A stretch of 64,000 nt of DNA from contig OZ024745.1 in NCBI GenBank assembly GCA_964016885.1, positions 92,628,001 through 92,692,000 on the forward strand, written 5' to 3'. Source of the stretch: Eledone cirrhosa. Taxonomy: Eukaryota. This document shows positions 12,293 through 30,200 of this stretch, in pieces; position 1 is the first letter of the stretch; each line of letters opens with the position of its first letter. Below the pieces are notes generated by a model. The model ran no database searches and was not told the origin of the DNA. It saw only the letters and a list, made by a program, of their open reading frames with translations. A program made the translations under genes and the position numbers.

Positions 12293-15200
12293 CAGTAGTA
12301 ACACTAACACCACCACTAACAGTAACATCAACACCACCACTAACAGTAACACCCACACCACCACTAACAGTAACACCCACACCACCACTAACAGTAACAC
12401 CCACACCACCACTAACAGTAACACCCACACCACCACTAACAGTAACACCCACACCACCACTAACAGTAACACCCACACCACCAGTAACACCAACACCACC
12501 ACTAACAGTAACACCCACACCACCACTAACAGTAACACCAACACCACCACTAACAGTAACACCCACACCACCACTAACAGTAACACCAACACCACCACTA
12601 ACAGTAACACCCACACCACCAGTAACACCAACACCACCACTAACAGTAACACCAACACCACCACTAACAGTAACACCCACACCACCACTAACAGTAACAC
12701 CAACACCACCACTAACAGTAACACCCACACCACCACTAACAGTAACACCAACACCACCACTAACAGTAACACCAACACCACCACTAACAGTAACACCAAC
12801 ACCACCACTAACAGTAACACCCACACCACCAGTAACACCAACACCACCACTAACAGTAACACCAACACCACCACTAACAGTAACACCCACACCACCACTA
12901 ACAGTAACACCAACACCACCACTAACAGTAACACCCACACCACCAGTAACACCAACACCACCACTAACAGTAACACCCACACCACCACTAACAGTAACAC
13001 CCACACCACCACTAACAGTAACACCCACACCACCAGTAACAGTAACACCCACACCACCAGCAACAGTAACACCCACACCACCACTAACAGTAACACCCAC
13101 ACCACCAGTAACAGTAACACCCACACCACCAGTAACAGTAACACCACCACCACCACTAACAGTAACACCCACACCACCACTAACAGTAACACCCACACCA
13201 CCAGTAACAGTAACACCCACACCACCAGTAACAGTAACACCCACACCACCAGTAACAGTAACACCCACACCACCAGTAACAGTAACACCACCACCACCAC
13301 TAACAGTAACACCAACACCACCACTAACAGTAACACCCACACCACCACTAACAGTAACACCCACACCACCACTAACAGTAACACCCACACCACCAGTAAC
13401 AGTAACACCCACACCACCACTAACAGTAACACCCACACCACCACTAACAGTAACACCCACACCACCACTAACAGTAACACCCACACCACCACTAACAGTA
13501 ACACCCACACCACCACTAACAGTAACACCCACACCACCACTAACAGTAACACCCACACCACCAGTAACAGTAACACCCACACCACCACTAACAGTAACAC
13601 CCACACCACCACTAACAGTAACACCCACACCACCACTAACAGTAACACCCACACCACCACTAACAGTAACACCCACACCACCACTAACAGTAACACCCAC
13701 ACCACCACTAACAGTAACACCCACACCACCACCACCAGTAACACCCACACCACCACTAACAGTAACACCAACACCACCACTAACAGTAACACCCACACCA
13801 CCACTAACAGTAACACCCACACCACCAGTAACAGTAACACCCACACCACCAGTAACAGTAACACCCACACCACCACTAACTGTAACACCCACACCACCAG
13901 TAACAGTAACACCTACACCACCACTAACAGTAACACCCACACCACCACTAACAGTAACACCCACACCACCACTAACAGTAACACCCACACCACCACTAAC
14001 AGTAACACCCACACCACCACTAACAGTAACACCCACGCCACCAGTAACAGTAACACCCACGCCACCAGTAACAGTAACACCCACACCACCAGTAACAGTA
14101 ACACCCACACCACCACTAACAGTAACACCAACACCACCACTAACAGTAACACCCACACCACCACTAACAGTAACACCACCACCACCACTAACAGTAACAC
14201 CACCACTAACAGTAACACCACCACCACCACTAACAGTAACACCCACACCACCACTAACAGTAACACCCACACCACCACTAACAGTAACACCCACACCACC
14301 ACTAATAGTAACACCCACACCACCACTAACAGTAACACCCACACCACCACTAACACCAACACCAACACCACCAATAACAGTAACACCACCACCACCACTA
14401 ACAGTAACACCACCACCACCACTAACAGTAACACCCACACCACCAGCAACAGTAACACCAACACCACCACTAACAGTAACACCCACACCACCACTAACAC
14501 CCACACCACCACTAACACCAACACCAACACCACCACTAACAGTAACACCCACACCACCACTAACAGTAACACCAACACCACCACTAACAGTAACACCCAC
14601 ACCACCAGTAACAGTAACACCCACACCACCAGTAACAGTAACACCAACACCACCACTAACAGTAACACCCACACCACCACTAACGGTAACACCAACACCA
14701 CCACTAACAGTAACACCCACACCACCACTAACAGTAACACCACCACCACCACTAACAGTAACACCCACACCACCACTAACAGTAACACCCACACCACCAC
14801 TAACAGTAACACCCACACCACCACTAACAGTAACACCCACACCACCACTAACAGTAACACCCACACCACCAATAACAGTAACACCACCACCACCACTAAC
14901 AGTAACACCCACACCACCACTAACAGTAACACCAACACCACCACTAACAGTAACACCCACACCACCACTAACAGTAACACCAACACCACCACTAACAGTA
15001 ACACCCACACCACCAGTAACAGTAACACCCACACCACCACTAACAGTAACACCCACACCACCACTAACAGTAACACCACCACCACCACCACTAACAGTAA
15101 CACCAACACCACCACTAACAGTAACGCCCACACCACCACTAACAGTAACACCCACACCACCACTAACAGTAACACCCACACCACCACTAACAGTAACACC

Positions 15201-18200
15201 CACACCACCACTAACAGTAACACCCACACCACCACTAACAGTAACACCAACACCACCACTAACAGTAACACCCACACCACCAGTAACAGTAACACCAACA
15301 CCACCACTAACAGCAACACCCACACCACCAGTAACAGTAACACCAACACCACCACTAACAGTAACACCCACACCACCAGTAACAGTAACACCCACACCAC
15401 CAGTAACAGTAACACCCACACCACCAGTAACAGTAACACCCACACCACCACTAACAGTAACACCCACACCACCACTAACAGTAACACCCATACCACCACT
15501 AACAGAAACACCAACACCATCACTAACAGTAACACCAACACCACCACTAACAGTAACACCCACACCACCAGTAACAGTAACACCCACACCACCAGTAACA
15601 GTAACACCAACACCACCACTAACAGCAACACCCACACCACCAGTAACAGTAACACCCACACCACCAGTAACAGTAACACCACCACCACCACTAACAGCAA
15701 CACCCACACCACCACTAACAGTAACACCCACACCACCAGTAACAGTAACACCCACACCACCACTAACAGTAACACCCACACCACCACTAACAGCAACACC
15801 CACACCACCAGTAACAGTAACACCAACACCACCACTAACAGTAACACCCACACCACCAGTAACAGTAACACCCACACCACCACTAACAGTAACACCCATA
15901 CCACCACTAACAGCAACACCCACACCACCAGTAACAGTAACACCAACACCACCACTAACAGTAACACCCACACCACCAGTAACAGTAACACCAACACCAC
16001 CACTAACAGTAACACCCACACCACCACTAACAGCAACACCCACACCACCAGTAACAGTAACACCAACACCACCACTAACAGTAACACCCACACCACCAGC
16101 AACAGTAACACCCACACCACCACTAACAGTAACACCCACACCACCACTAACAGTAACACCCATATCACCACTAACAGTAACACCCACACCACCAGTAACA
16201 GTAACACCCACACCACCACTAACAGTAACACCCACACCACCACTAACAGTAACACCCACACCACCACTAACAGTAACACCCACACCACCACTAACAGTAA
16301 CACCCACACCACCAGTAAAAGTAACACCCACACCACCACTAACAGTAACACCCACACCACCACTAACAGTAACACCCACACCACCACTAACAGTAACACC
16401 CACACCACCACTAACAGTAACACCCACACCACCACTAACAGTAACACCCACATCACCACTAACAGTAACACCCACACCACCACTAACAGTAACACCACCA
16501 CCACCACTAACAGTAACACCCACACCACCACTAACAGTAACACCCACACCACCACTAACAGTAACACCCACACCACCAGTAACAGTAACACCCACACCAC
16601 CACTAACAGTAACACCCACACCACCACTAACAGTAACACCCACACCACCACTAACAGTAACACCCACACCACCACTAACAGTAACACCCACACCACCAGT
16701 AACAGTAACACCCACACCACCACTAACAGTAACACCCACACCACCACTAACAGTAACACCCACACCACCACTAACAGTAACACCCACACCACCACTAACA
16801 GTAACACCCACACCACCAGCAACAGTAACACCCACACCACCACTAACAGTAACACCCACACCACCAGTAACAGTAACACCAACACCACCAGCAACAGTAA
16901 CACCAACACCACCACTAACAGTAACACCCACACCACCACTAACAGTAACACCCACACCACCATTAACAGTAACACCCACACCACCATTAACAGTAACACC
17001 CACACCACCAGTAACAGTAACACCAACACCACCAGCAACAGTAACACCAACACCACCACTAACAGTAACACCCACACCACCACTAACAGTAACACCCACA
17101 CCACCACTAACAGTAACACCCACACCACCATTAACAGTAACACCCACACCACCATTAACAGTAACACCAACACCACCAGCAACAGTAACACTCACATCAC
17201 CACTAACAGTAACACCCACACCACCACTAACAGTAACACCCACACCACCAGTAACAGTAACACCCACACCACCAGTAACAGTAACACCCACACCACCAGT
17301 AACAGTAACACCCACATCACCACTAACAGTAACACCCACACCACCAGTAACAGTAACACCCACACCACCAGTAACAGTAACACCACCACCACCAGTAACA
17401 GTAACACCCACACCACCAGTAACAGTAACACCCACACCACCACTAACAGTAACACCCACACCACCACTAACAGAAACACCCACACCACCACTAACAGTAA
17501 CACCAACACCACCACTAACAGTAACACCCACACCACCAGTAACAGTAACACCCACACCACCAGTAACAGTAACACCAACACCACCACTAACAGTAACACC
17601 CACACCATCACTAACAGTAACAACCACACCACCAGTAACAGTAACACCCACACCACCACTAACAGTAACACCCACACCACCACTAACAGTAACACCCACA
17701 CCACCACTAACAGTAACACCAACACCACCACTAACAGTAACACCCACACCACCAGTAACAGTAACACCCACACCACCACTAACAGCAACACCCACACCAC
17801 CAGTAACAGTAACACCAACACCACCACTAACAGTAACAGTAACACCCACACCACCAGTAACAGTAACACCCACACCACCAGTAACAGTAACACCCACACC
17901 ACCAGTAACAGTAACACCCACACCACCACTAACAGTAACACCCACACCACCACTAACAGTAACACCCACACCACCAGTAACAGTAACACCAACACCACCA
18001 CTAACAGTAACACCCACACCACCACTAACAGTAATACCCACACCACCACTAACAGTAACACCCACACCACCAGTAACAGTAACACCCACACCACCACTAA
18101 CAGTAACACCCACACCACCACTAACAGCAACACCCACACCACCAGTAACAGTAACACCAACACCACCACTAACAGTAACACCCACACCACCAGTAACAGT

Positions 18201-21200
18201 AACACCCACACCACCACTAACAGTAACACCCACACCACCACTAACAGCAACACCCACACCACCAGTAACAGTAATACCAACACCACCACTAACACCCACA
18301 CCACCACTAACAGTAACACCCACACCACCACTAACAGCAACACCCACACCACCAGTAACAGTAATACCAACACCACCACTAACACCCACACCACCAGTAA
18401 CAGTAACACCAACACCACCACTAACAGTAACACCCACACCACCACTAACAGCAACACCCACACCACCAGTAACAGTAACACCAACACCACCACTAACAGT
18501 AACACCCACACCACCACTAACAGTAACACCCACACCACCACTAACAGTAACACCCATATCACCACTAACAGTAACACCCACACCACCAGTAACAGTAACA
18601 CCCACACCACCACTAACAGTAACACCCACACCACCACTAACAGTAACACCCACACCACCACTAACAGTAACACCCACACCACCACTAACAGTAACACCCA
18701 TATCACCACTAACAGTAACACCCACACCACCACTAACAGTAACACCCATATCACAACTAACAGTAACACCCACACCACCATTAACAGTAACACCAACACC
18801 ACCAGCAACAGTAACACTCACACCACCACTAACAGTAACACCCACACCACCACTAACAGCAACACCCACACCACCACTAACAGTAACACCAACACCACCA
18901 CTAACAGTAACACCCACACCACCACTAACAGTAACACCAACACCACCACTAACAGTAACACCCACACCACCACTAACAGTAACACCCACACCACCACTAA
19001 CAGTAACACCCACACCACCATTAACAGTAACACCAACACCACCACTAACAGTAACACCCACACCACCACTAACAGTAACACCAACACCACCACTAACAGT
19101 AACACCGACACCACCAGTAACAGTAACACCAACACCACCAGCAACAGTAACACCACCAGCAACAGTAACACCAACACCACCAGCAACAGTAACACTCACA
19201 CCACCACTAACAGTAACACCACCACCACCACTAACAGTAACACCCACACCACCACTAACAGTAACACCCACACCACCACTAACAGTAACACCCACACCAC
19301 CACTAACAGTAACACCCACACCACCACTAACAGTAACACCCACACCACCAGTAACAGTAACACCCACACCACCAGTAACAGTAACACCCACACCACCACT
19401 AACAGTAACAACCACACCACCATTAACAGTAACACCAACACCACCACTAACAGTAACACCCACACCACCACTAACAGTAACACCCACACCACCACTAACA
19501 GTAACACCCACACCACCACTAACAGTAACACCCACACCACCAGTAACAGTAACACCCACACCACCAGTAACAGTAACACCCACACCACCACTAACAGTAA
19601 CACCCACACCACCATTAACAGTAACACCAACACCACCACTAACAGTAACACCCACACCACCACTAACAGTAACACCCACACCACCACTAACAGTAACACC
19701 ACCACCACCACTAACAGTAACACCCACACCACCAGTAACAGTAACACCCACACCACCACTAACACCCACACCACCAGTAACAGTAACACCCACACCACCA
19801 GTAACAGTAACACCCACACCACCACTAACAGTAACACCCACACCACCACTAACAGTAACACCCACACCACCAGTAACAGTAACACCAACACCACCAGTAA
19901 CAGTAACACCCACACCACCACTAACAGTAACACCCACACCACCATTAACAGTAACACCACCACCACCACTAACAGTAACACCCACACCACCAGTAACAGT
20001 AACACCCACACCACCAGTAACAGTAACACCCACACCACCACTAAGAGTAACACCCACACCACCAGTAACAGTAACACCCACACCACCAGTAACAGTAACA
20101 CCCACACCACCACTAACAGTAACACCCACACCACCAGTAACAGTAACACCAACACCACCAGTAACAGTAACACCCACACCACCACTAACAGTAACACCCA
20201 CACCACCAGCAACAGTAACACCCACACCACCAGTAACAGTAACACCCACACCACCACTAACAGAAACACCAACACCACCACTAACAGGAACACCAACACC
20301 ACCACTAACCGTAACACCCACACCACCAGTAACAGTAACACCCACACCACCACTAACAGTAACACCAACACCACCACTAACAGTAACACCCACACCACCA
20401 CTAACAGTAACACCACCACCACCACTAACAGTAACACCCACACCACCACTAACAGTAACACCCACACCACCACTAACAGTAACACCCACACCACCACTAA
20501 CAGTAACACCCACACCACCACTAACAGTAACACCCACACCACCACTAACAGGAACAACCACACCACCACTAACAGTAACACCCACACCACCACTAACAGT
20601 AACACCCACACCACCACTAACAGTAACACCCACACCACCACTAACAGGAACACCCACACCACCACTAACAGGAACACCAACACCACCACTAACAGTAACA
20701 CCCACACCACCACTAACAGTAACACCAACACCACCACTAACAGTAACACCCACACCACCACTAACAGTAACACCACCACCACCACTAACAGTAACACCAC
20801 CACCTCACTAACAGTAACACCCACACCACCACTAACAGTAACACCCACACCACCAGCAACAGTAACACCCACACCACCACTAACAGTAACACCCACACCA
20901 CCATTAACAGTAACACCAACACCACCAGCAACAGTAACACTCACACCACCACTAACAGTAACACCCACACCAACACTAACAGTAACACCCACACCACCAC
21001 TAACAGTAACACCCACACCACCAGTAACAGTAACACCCACACCACCAGTAACAGTAACACCCACACCACCACTAACAGAAACACCAACACCACCACTAAC
21101 AGTAACACCCACACCACCACTAACAGTAACACCAACACCCACACCACCAGTAACAGTAACACCCACACCACCACTAACAGTAACACCACCACCACCACTA

Positions 21201-24200
21201 ACAGTAACACCCACACCACCACTAACAGTAACACCACCACCACCACCACTAACAGTAACACCCACACCACCAGTAACAGTAACACCCACACCACCACTAA
21301 CAGTAACACCCACACCACCACTAACAGTAACACCAACACCACCACTAACAGTAACACCCACACCACCAGCAACAGTAACACACACACCACCACTAACTGT
21401 AACACCAACACCACCACTAACAGTAACACCCACACCACCAGCAACAGTAACACCAACACCACCACTAACAGTAACACCCACACCACCACTAACAGTAACA
21501 CCCACACCACCACTAACAGTAACACCCACACCACCACTAACAGTAACACCAACACCACCACTAACAGTAACACCGACACCACCACTAACAGTAACACCAA
21601 CACCACCACTAACAGTAACACCAACACCACCACTAACAGTAACACCCACACCACCACTAACAGTAACACCAACACCACCACTAACAGTAACACCAACACC
21701 ACCACTAACAGTAACACCCACACCACCACTAACAGTAACACCAACACCACCACTAACAGTAACACCCACACCACCACTAACAGTAACACCCACACCACCA
21801 CTAACAGTAACACCAACACCACCACTAACAGTAACACCCACACCACCACTAACAGCAACACCCACACCACCAGTAACAGTAACACCCACACCACCAGCCA
21901 TAGTAACAGTAACACCACCACTAACAGTAACACCAACACCACCACTAACAGTAACACCCACACCACCAGCAACAGTAACAGTAACACCACCACCACCAGT
22001 AACAGTAACACCCACACCACCACTAACAGTAACACCAACACCACCACTAACAGTAACACCCACACCACCACTAACAGTAACACCCACACCACCACTAACA
22101 GTAACACCAACACCACCACTAACAGTAACACCCACACCACCACTAACAGCAACACCCACACCACCAGTAACAGTAACACCCACACCACCACTAACAGTAA
22201 CACCCAAACCACCAGTAACAGTAACACCCACACCACCAGTAACAGTAACACCCACACCAACACTAACAGTAACACCCACACCACCAGTAACAGTAACACC
22301 CACACCACCAGTAACAGTAACACCCACACCGCCACTAACAGTAACACCCACACCACCAGTAACAGTAACACCCACACCACCAGTAACAGTAACACCCACA
22401 CCACCACTAACAGTAACACCACCACCACCACTAACAGTAACACCCACACCACCACTAACAGTAACACCACCACCACCAGCAACAGTAACACCAACACCAC
22501 CACTAACAGTAACACCAACACCACCACTAACAGTAACACCCACACCACCACTAACAGTAACACCAACACCACCATTAACAGTAACACCCACACCACCACT
22601 AACAGTAACACCCACACCACCAGTAACAGTAACACCCACACCACCACTAACACCCACACCACCAGTAACAGTAACACCCACACCACCAGTAACAGTAACA
22701 CCCACACCACCACTAACAGTAACACCCACACCACCAGTAACAGTAACACCAACACCACCAGTAACAGTAACACCCACACCACCACTAACAGTAACACCCA
22801 CACCACCATTAACAGTAACACCACCACCACCACTAACAGTAACACCCACACCACCAGTAACAGTAACACCCACACCACCAGTAACAGTAACACCCACACC
22901 ACCACTAAGAGTAACACCCACACCACCAGTAACAGTAACACCCACACCACCAGTAACAGTAACACCCACACCACCACTAACAGTAACACCCACACCACCA
23001 GTAACAGTAACACCAACACCACCAGTAACAGTAACACCCACACCACCACTAACAGTAACACCCACACCACCAGCAACAGTAACACCCACACCACCAGTAA
23101 CAGTAACACCCACACCACCACTAACAGAAACACCAACACCACCACTAACAGGAACACCAACACCACCACTAACCGTAACACCCACACCACCAGTAACAGT
23201 AACACCCACACCACCACTAACAGTAACACCAACACCACCACTAACAGTAACACCCACACCACCACTAACAGTAACACCACCACCACCACTAACAGTAACA
23301 CCCACACCACCACTAACAGTAACACCCACACCACCACTAACAGTAACACCCACACCACCACTAACAGTAACACCCACACCACCACTAACAGTAACACCCA
23401 CACCACCACTAACAGGAACAACCACACCACCACTAACAGTAACACCCACACCACCACTAACAGTAACACCCACACCACCACTAACAGTAACACCCACACC
23501 ACCACTAACAGGAACACCCACACCACCACTAACAGGAACACCAACACCACCACTAACAGTAACACCCACACCACCACTAACAGTAACACCAACACCACCA
23601 CTAACAGTAACACCCACACCACCACTAACAGTAACACCACCACCACCACTAACAGTAACACCACCACCTCACTAACAGTAACACCCACACCACCACTAAC
23701 AGTAACACCCACACCACCAGCAACAGTAACACCCACACCACCACTAACAGTAACACCCACACCACCATTAACAGTAACACCAACACCACCAGCAACAGTA
23801 ACACTCACACCACCACTAACAGTAACACCCACACCAACACTAACAGTAACACCCACACCACCACTAACAGTAACACCCACACCACCAGTAACAGTAACAC
23901 CCACACCACCAGTAACAGTAACACCCACACCACCACTAACAGAAACACCAACACCACCACTAACAGTAACACCCACACCACCACTAACAGTAACACCAAC
24001 ACCCACACCACCAGTAACAGTAACACCCACACCACCACTAACAGTAACACCACCACCACCACTAACAGTAACACCCACACCACCACTAACAGTAACACCA
24101 CCACCACCACCACTAACAGTAACACCCACACCACCAGTAACAGTAACACCCACACCACCACTAACAGTAACACCCACACCACCACTAACAGTAACACCAA

Positions 24201-27200
24201 CACCACCACTAACAGTAACACCCACACCACCAGCAACAGTAACACACACACCACCACTAACTGTAACACCAACACCACCACTAACAGTAACACCCACACC
24301 ACCAGCAACAGTAACACCAACACCACCACTAACAGTAACACCCACACCACCACTAACAGTAACACCCACACCACCACTAACAGTAACACCCACACCACCA
24401 CTAACAGTAACACCAACACCACCACTAACAGTAACACCGACACCACCACTAACAGTAACACCAACACCACCACTAACAGTAACACCAACACCACCACTAA
24501 CAGTAACACCCACACCACCACTAACAGTAACACCAACACCACCACTAACAGTAACACCAACACCACCACTAACAGTAACACCCACACCACCACTAACAGT
24601 AACACCAACACCACCACTAACAGTAACACCCACACCACCACTAACAGTAACACCCACACCACCACTAACAGTAACACCAACACCACCACTAACAGTAACA
24701 CCCACACCACCACTAACAGCAACACCCACACCACCAGTAACAGTAACACCCACACCACCAGCCATAGTAACAGTAACACCACCACTAACAGTAACACCAA
24801 CACCACCACTAACAGTAACACCCACACCACCAGCAACAGTAACAGTAACACCACCACCACCAGTAACAGTAACACCCACACCACCACTAACAGTAACACC
24901 AACACCACCACTAACAGTAACACCCACACCACCACTAACAGTAACACCCACACCACCACTAACAGTAACACCAACACCACCACTAACAGTAACACCCACA
25001 CCACCACTAACAGCAACACCCACACCACCAGTAACAGTAACACCCACACCACCACTAACAGTAACACCCAAACCACCAGTAACAGTAACACCCACACCAC
25101 CAGTAACAGTAACACCCACACCACCACTAACAGTAACACCCACACCACCAGTAACAGTAACACCCACACCACCAGTAACAGTAACACCCACACCGCCACT
25201 AACAGTAACACCCACACCACCAGTAACAGTAACACCCACACCACCAGTAACAGTAACACCCACACCACCACTAACAGTAACACCACCACCACCACTAACA
25301 GTAACACCCACACCACCACTAACAGTAACACCACCACCACCAGCAACAGTAACACCAACACCACCACTAACAGTAACACCAACACCACCACTAACAGTAA
25401 CACCCACACCACCACTAACAGTAACACCAACACCACCATTAACAGTAACACCCACACCACCACTAACAGTAACACCAACACCACCACTAACAGTAACACC
25501 ACCACCACCAGCAACAGTAACACCAACACCACCACTAACAGTAACACCCACACCACCACTAACAGTAACACCCACACCACCAGTAACAGTAACACCCACA
25601 CCACCACTAACTGTAACACCAACACCACCACTAACAGTAACACCACCACCACCAGCAACAGTAACACTCACACCACCACTAACAGTAACACCCACACCAC
25701 CACTAACAGTAACACCCACACCACCAGTAACAGTAACACCCACACCACCACTAACTGTAACGCCAACACCACCAGTAACAGTAACACCCACACCACCACT
25801 AACTGTAACACCCACACCACCAGCAACAGTAACACCACCACTAACAGTAACAGTAACACCCACACCAACACTAACAGTAACACCCACACCACCATTAACA
25901 GTAACACCAACACCACCACTAACAGTAACACCCACACCACCACTAACAGTAACACCAACACCACCACTAACAGTAACACCAACACCACCACTAACAGTAA
26001 CACCAACACCACCACTAACAGTAACACCCACACCACCACTAACAGTAACACCAACACCACCACTAACAGTAACACCCACACCACCACTAACAGTAACACC
26101 CACACCACCACTAACAGTAACACCCACACCACCATTAACAGTAACACCAACACCACCACTAACAGTAACACCCACACCACCACTAACAGTAACACCCACA
26201 CCACCATTAACAGTAACACCAACACCACCACTAACAGTAACACCCACACCACCACTAACAGTAACACCCACACCACCACTAACAGTAACACCAACACCAC
26301 CACTAACAGTAACACTAACACCACCACTAACAGTAACACCCACACCACCACTAACAGTAACACCAACACCACCACTAACAGTAACACCCACACCACCATT
26401 AACAGTAACACTAACACCACCACTAACAGTAACACCCACACCACCATTAACAGTAACACTAACACCACCACTAACAGTAACATCAACACCACCACTAATA
26501 GTAACACCCACACCACCACTAACAGTAACATCAACACCACCACTAACAGTAACACCCACACCACCATTAACAGTAACACTAACACCACCACTAACAGTAA
26601 CACCCACACCACCATTAACATTAACACCCACACCACCACTAACAGTAACACCAACACCACCACTAACAGTAACACCCACACCACAACTAACAGTAACACC
26701 AACACCACCACTAACAGTAACACCAACACCACCACTAACAGTAACACCCACACCACCACTAACAGTAACACCCACACCACCATTAACAGTAACACCAACA
26801 CCACCACTAACAGTAACACCCACACCACCATTAACAGTAACACCCACACCACCATTAACAGTAACACCAACACCACCACTAACAGTAACACCCACACCAC
26901 CATTAACAGTAACACCAACACCACCACTAATAGTAACACCCACACCACCATTAACAGTAACACTAACACCACCACTAACAGTAACACCCACACCACCACT
27001 AACAGTAACACCAACACCACCACTAACAGTAACACCAACACCACCACGAACAGTAACACCCACACCACCATTAACAGGAACACCCACACCACCAGTAACA
27101 GTAACACCCACACCACCAGCAACAGTAACACCCACACCACCACTAACAGTAACACCAACACCACCAGCAACAGTAACACCCACACCACCAGTAACAGTAA

Positions 27201-30200
27201 CACCCACACCACCACTAACAGTAACACCCACACCACCACTAACAGTAACACCCACACCACCACTAACAGTAACACCAACACCACCACTAACAGTAACACC
27301 CACACCACCACTAACAGTAACACCCACACCACCACTAACAGTAACACCCACACCACCACTAACAGTAACACCAACACCACCACTAACAGTAACACCCACA
27401 CCACCACTAACAGTAACACCCATATCACCACTAACAGTAACACCCACACCACCAGCAACACCAACACCACCACCACTAACAGTAACACCCACACCACCAG
27501 TAACAGTAACACCCACACCACCACTAACAGTAACACCCACACCACCAGTAACACCCACACCAACACCACCACTAACAGTAACACCCACACCACCATTAAC
27601 AGTAACACCAACACCACCACTAACAGTAACACCCACACCACCATTAACAGTAACACCCACACCACCACTAACAGTAACACCCACACCACCATTAACAGTA
27701 ACACCAACACCACCACTAACAGTATCACCCACACCACCACTAACAGTAACACCCACACCACCACTAACAGTAACACCAACACCACCACTAACAGTAACAC
27801 CCACACCACCATTAACAGTAACACCCACACCACCAGCAACAGTAACACCCACACCACCACTAACAGTAACACCAACACCACCACTAACAGTAACAGTAAC
27901 ACCACCAGTAACAGTAACACCCACACCACCACTAACAGTAACACCAACACCACCACTAACAGTAACACCCACACCACCAGTAACAGTAACACCACCACCA
28001 CCACTAACAGTAACACCCACACCACCAGTAACAGTAACACCCACACCACCACTAACAGTAACACCAACACCACCACTAACAGTAACACCCACACCACCAC
28101 TAACAGTAACACCAACACCACCACTAACAGTAACACCCACACCACCATTAACAGTAACACCCACACCACCAGTAACAGTAACACCCACACCACCACTAAC
28201 AGTAACACCAACACCACCACTAACAGTAACACCCACACCACCACTAACAGTAACACCAACACCACCACTAACAGTAACACCCACACCACCACTAACAGTA
28301 ACACCAACACCACCACTAACAGTAACACCCACACCACCATTAACAGTAACACCAACACCACCAGCAACAGTAACACCCACACCACTAACAGTAACACCAA
28401 CACCACCACTAACAGCAACACCCACACCACCACTAACAGTAACACCAACACCACCACTAACAGTAACACCCACACCACCACTAACAGTAACACCAACACC
28501 ACCACTAACAGTAACACCCACACCACCATTAACAGTAACACCAACACCACCAGCAACAGTAACACCCACACCACTAACAGTAACACCCACACCACCAGTA
28601 ACAGTAACACCCACACCACCACTAACAGTAACACCCACACCACCACTAACAGTAACACCCACACCACCACTAACAGTAACACCCACACCACCACTAACAG
28701 TAACACCCACACCACCACTAACAGTAACACCCACACCACCACTAACAGTAACACCCACACCACCACCACCAGTAACACCCACACCACCACTAACAGTAAC
28801 ACCAACACCACCACTAACAGTAACACCCACACCACCACTAACAGTAACACCCACACCACCAGTAACAGTAACACCCACACCACCAGTAACAGTAACACCC
28901 ACACCACCACTAACTGTAACACCCACACCACCAGTAACAGTAACACCTACACCACCACTAACAGTAACACCCACACCACCACTAACAGTAACACCCACAC
29001 CACCACTAACAGTAACACCCACACCACCACTAACAGTAACACCCACACCACCACTAACAGTAACACCCACGCCACCAGTAACAGTAACACCCACGCCACC
29101 AGTAACAGTAACACCCACACCACCAGTAACAGTAACACCCACACCACCACTAACAGTAACACCAACACCACCACTAACAGTAACACCCACACCACCACTA
29201 ACAGTAACACCACCACCACCACTAACAGTAACACCACCACTAACAGTAACACCACCACCACCACTAACAGTAACACCCACACCACCACTAACAGTAACAC
29301 CCACACCACCACTAACAGTAACACCCACACCACCACTAATAGTAACACCCACACCACCACTAACAGTAACACCCACACCACCACTAACACCAACACCAAC
29401 ACCACCAATAACAGTAACACCACCACCACCACCACTAACAGTAACACCACCACCACCACTAACAGTAACACCCACACCACCAGCAACAGTAACACCAACA
29501 CCACCACTAACAGTAACACCCACACCACCACTAACAGTAACACCCACACCACCACTAACACCAACACCAACACCACCACTAACAGTAACACCCACACCAC
29601 CACTAACAGTAACACCAACACCACCACTAACAGTAACACCCACACCACCAGTAACAGTAACACCCACACCACCAGTAACAGTAACACCAACACCACCACT
29701 AACAGTAACACCCACACCACCACTAACGGTAACACCAACACCACCACTAACAGTAACACCCACACCACCACTAACAGTAACACCACCACCACCACTAACA
29801 GTAACACCCACACCACCACTAACAGTAACACCCACACCACCACTAACAGTAACACCCACACCACCAATAACAGTAACACCACCACCACCACTAACAGTAA
29901 CACCCACACCACCACTAACAGTAACACCAACACCACCACTAACAGTAACACCCACACCACCACTAACAGTAACACCAACACCACCACTAACAGTAACACC
30001 CACACCACCAGTAACAGTAACACCCACACCACCACTAACAGTAACACCCACACCACCACTAACAGTAACACCACCACCACCACCACTAACAGTAACACCA
30101 ACACCACCACTAACAGTAACGCCCACACCACCACTAACAGTAACACCCACACCACCACTAACAGTAACACCCACACCACCACTAACAGTAACACCCACAC

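Noticed and set aside
12147-12300. Antifreeze-glycoprotein-like Thr-Ala-Ala coding (aca gca gca)
   Set aside because: Only a few codons, broken by frameshifts and stops; the main array encodes PPLTVTPT, not (TAA)n.
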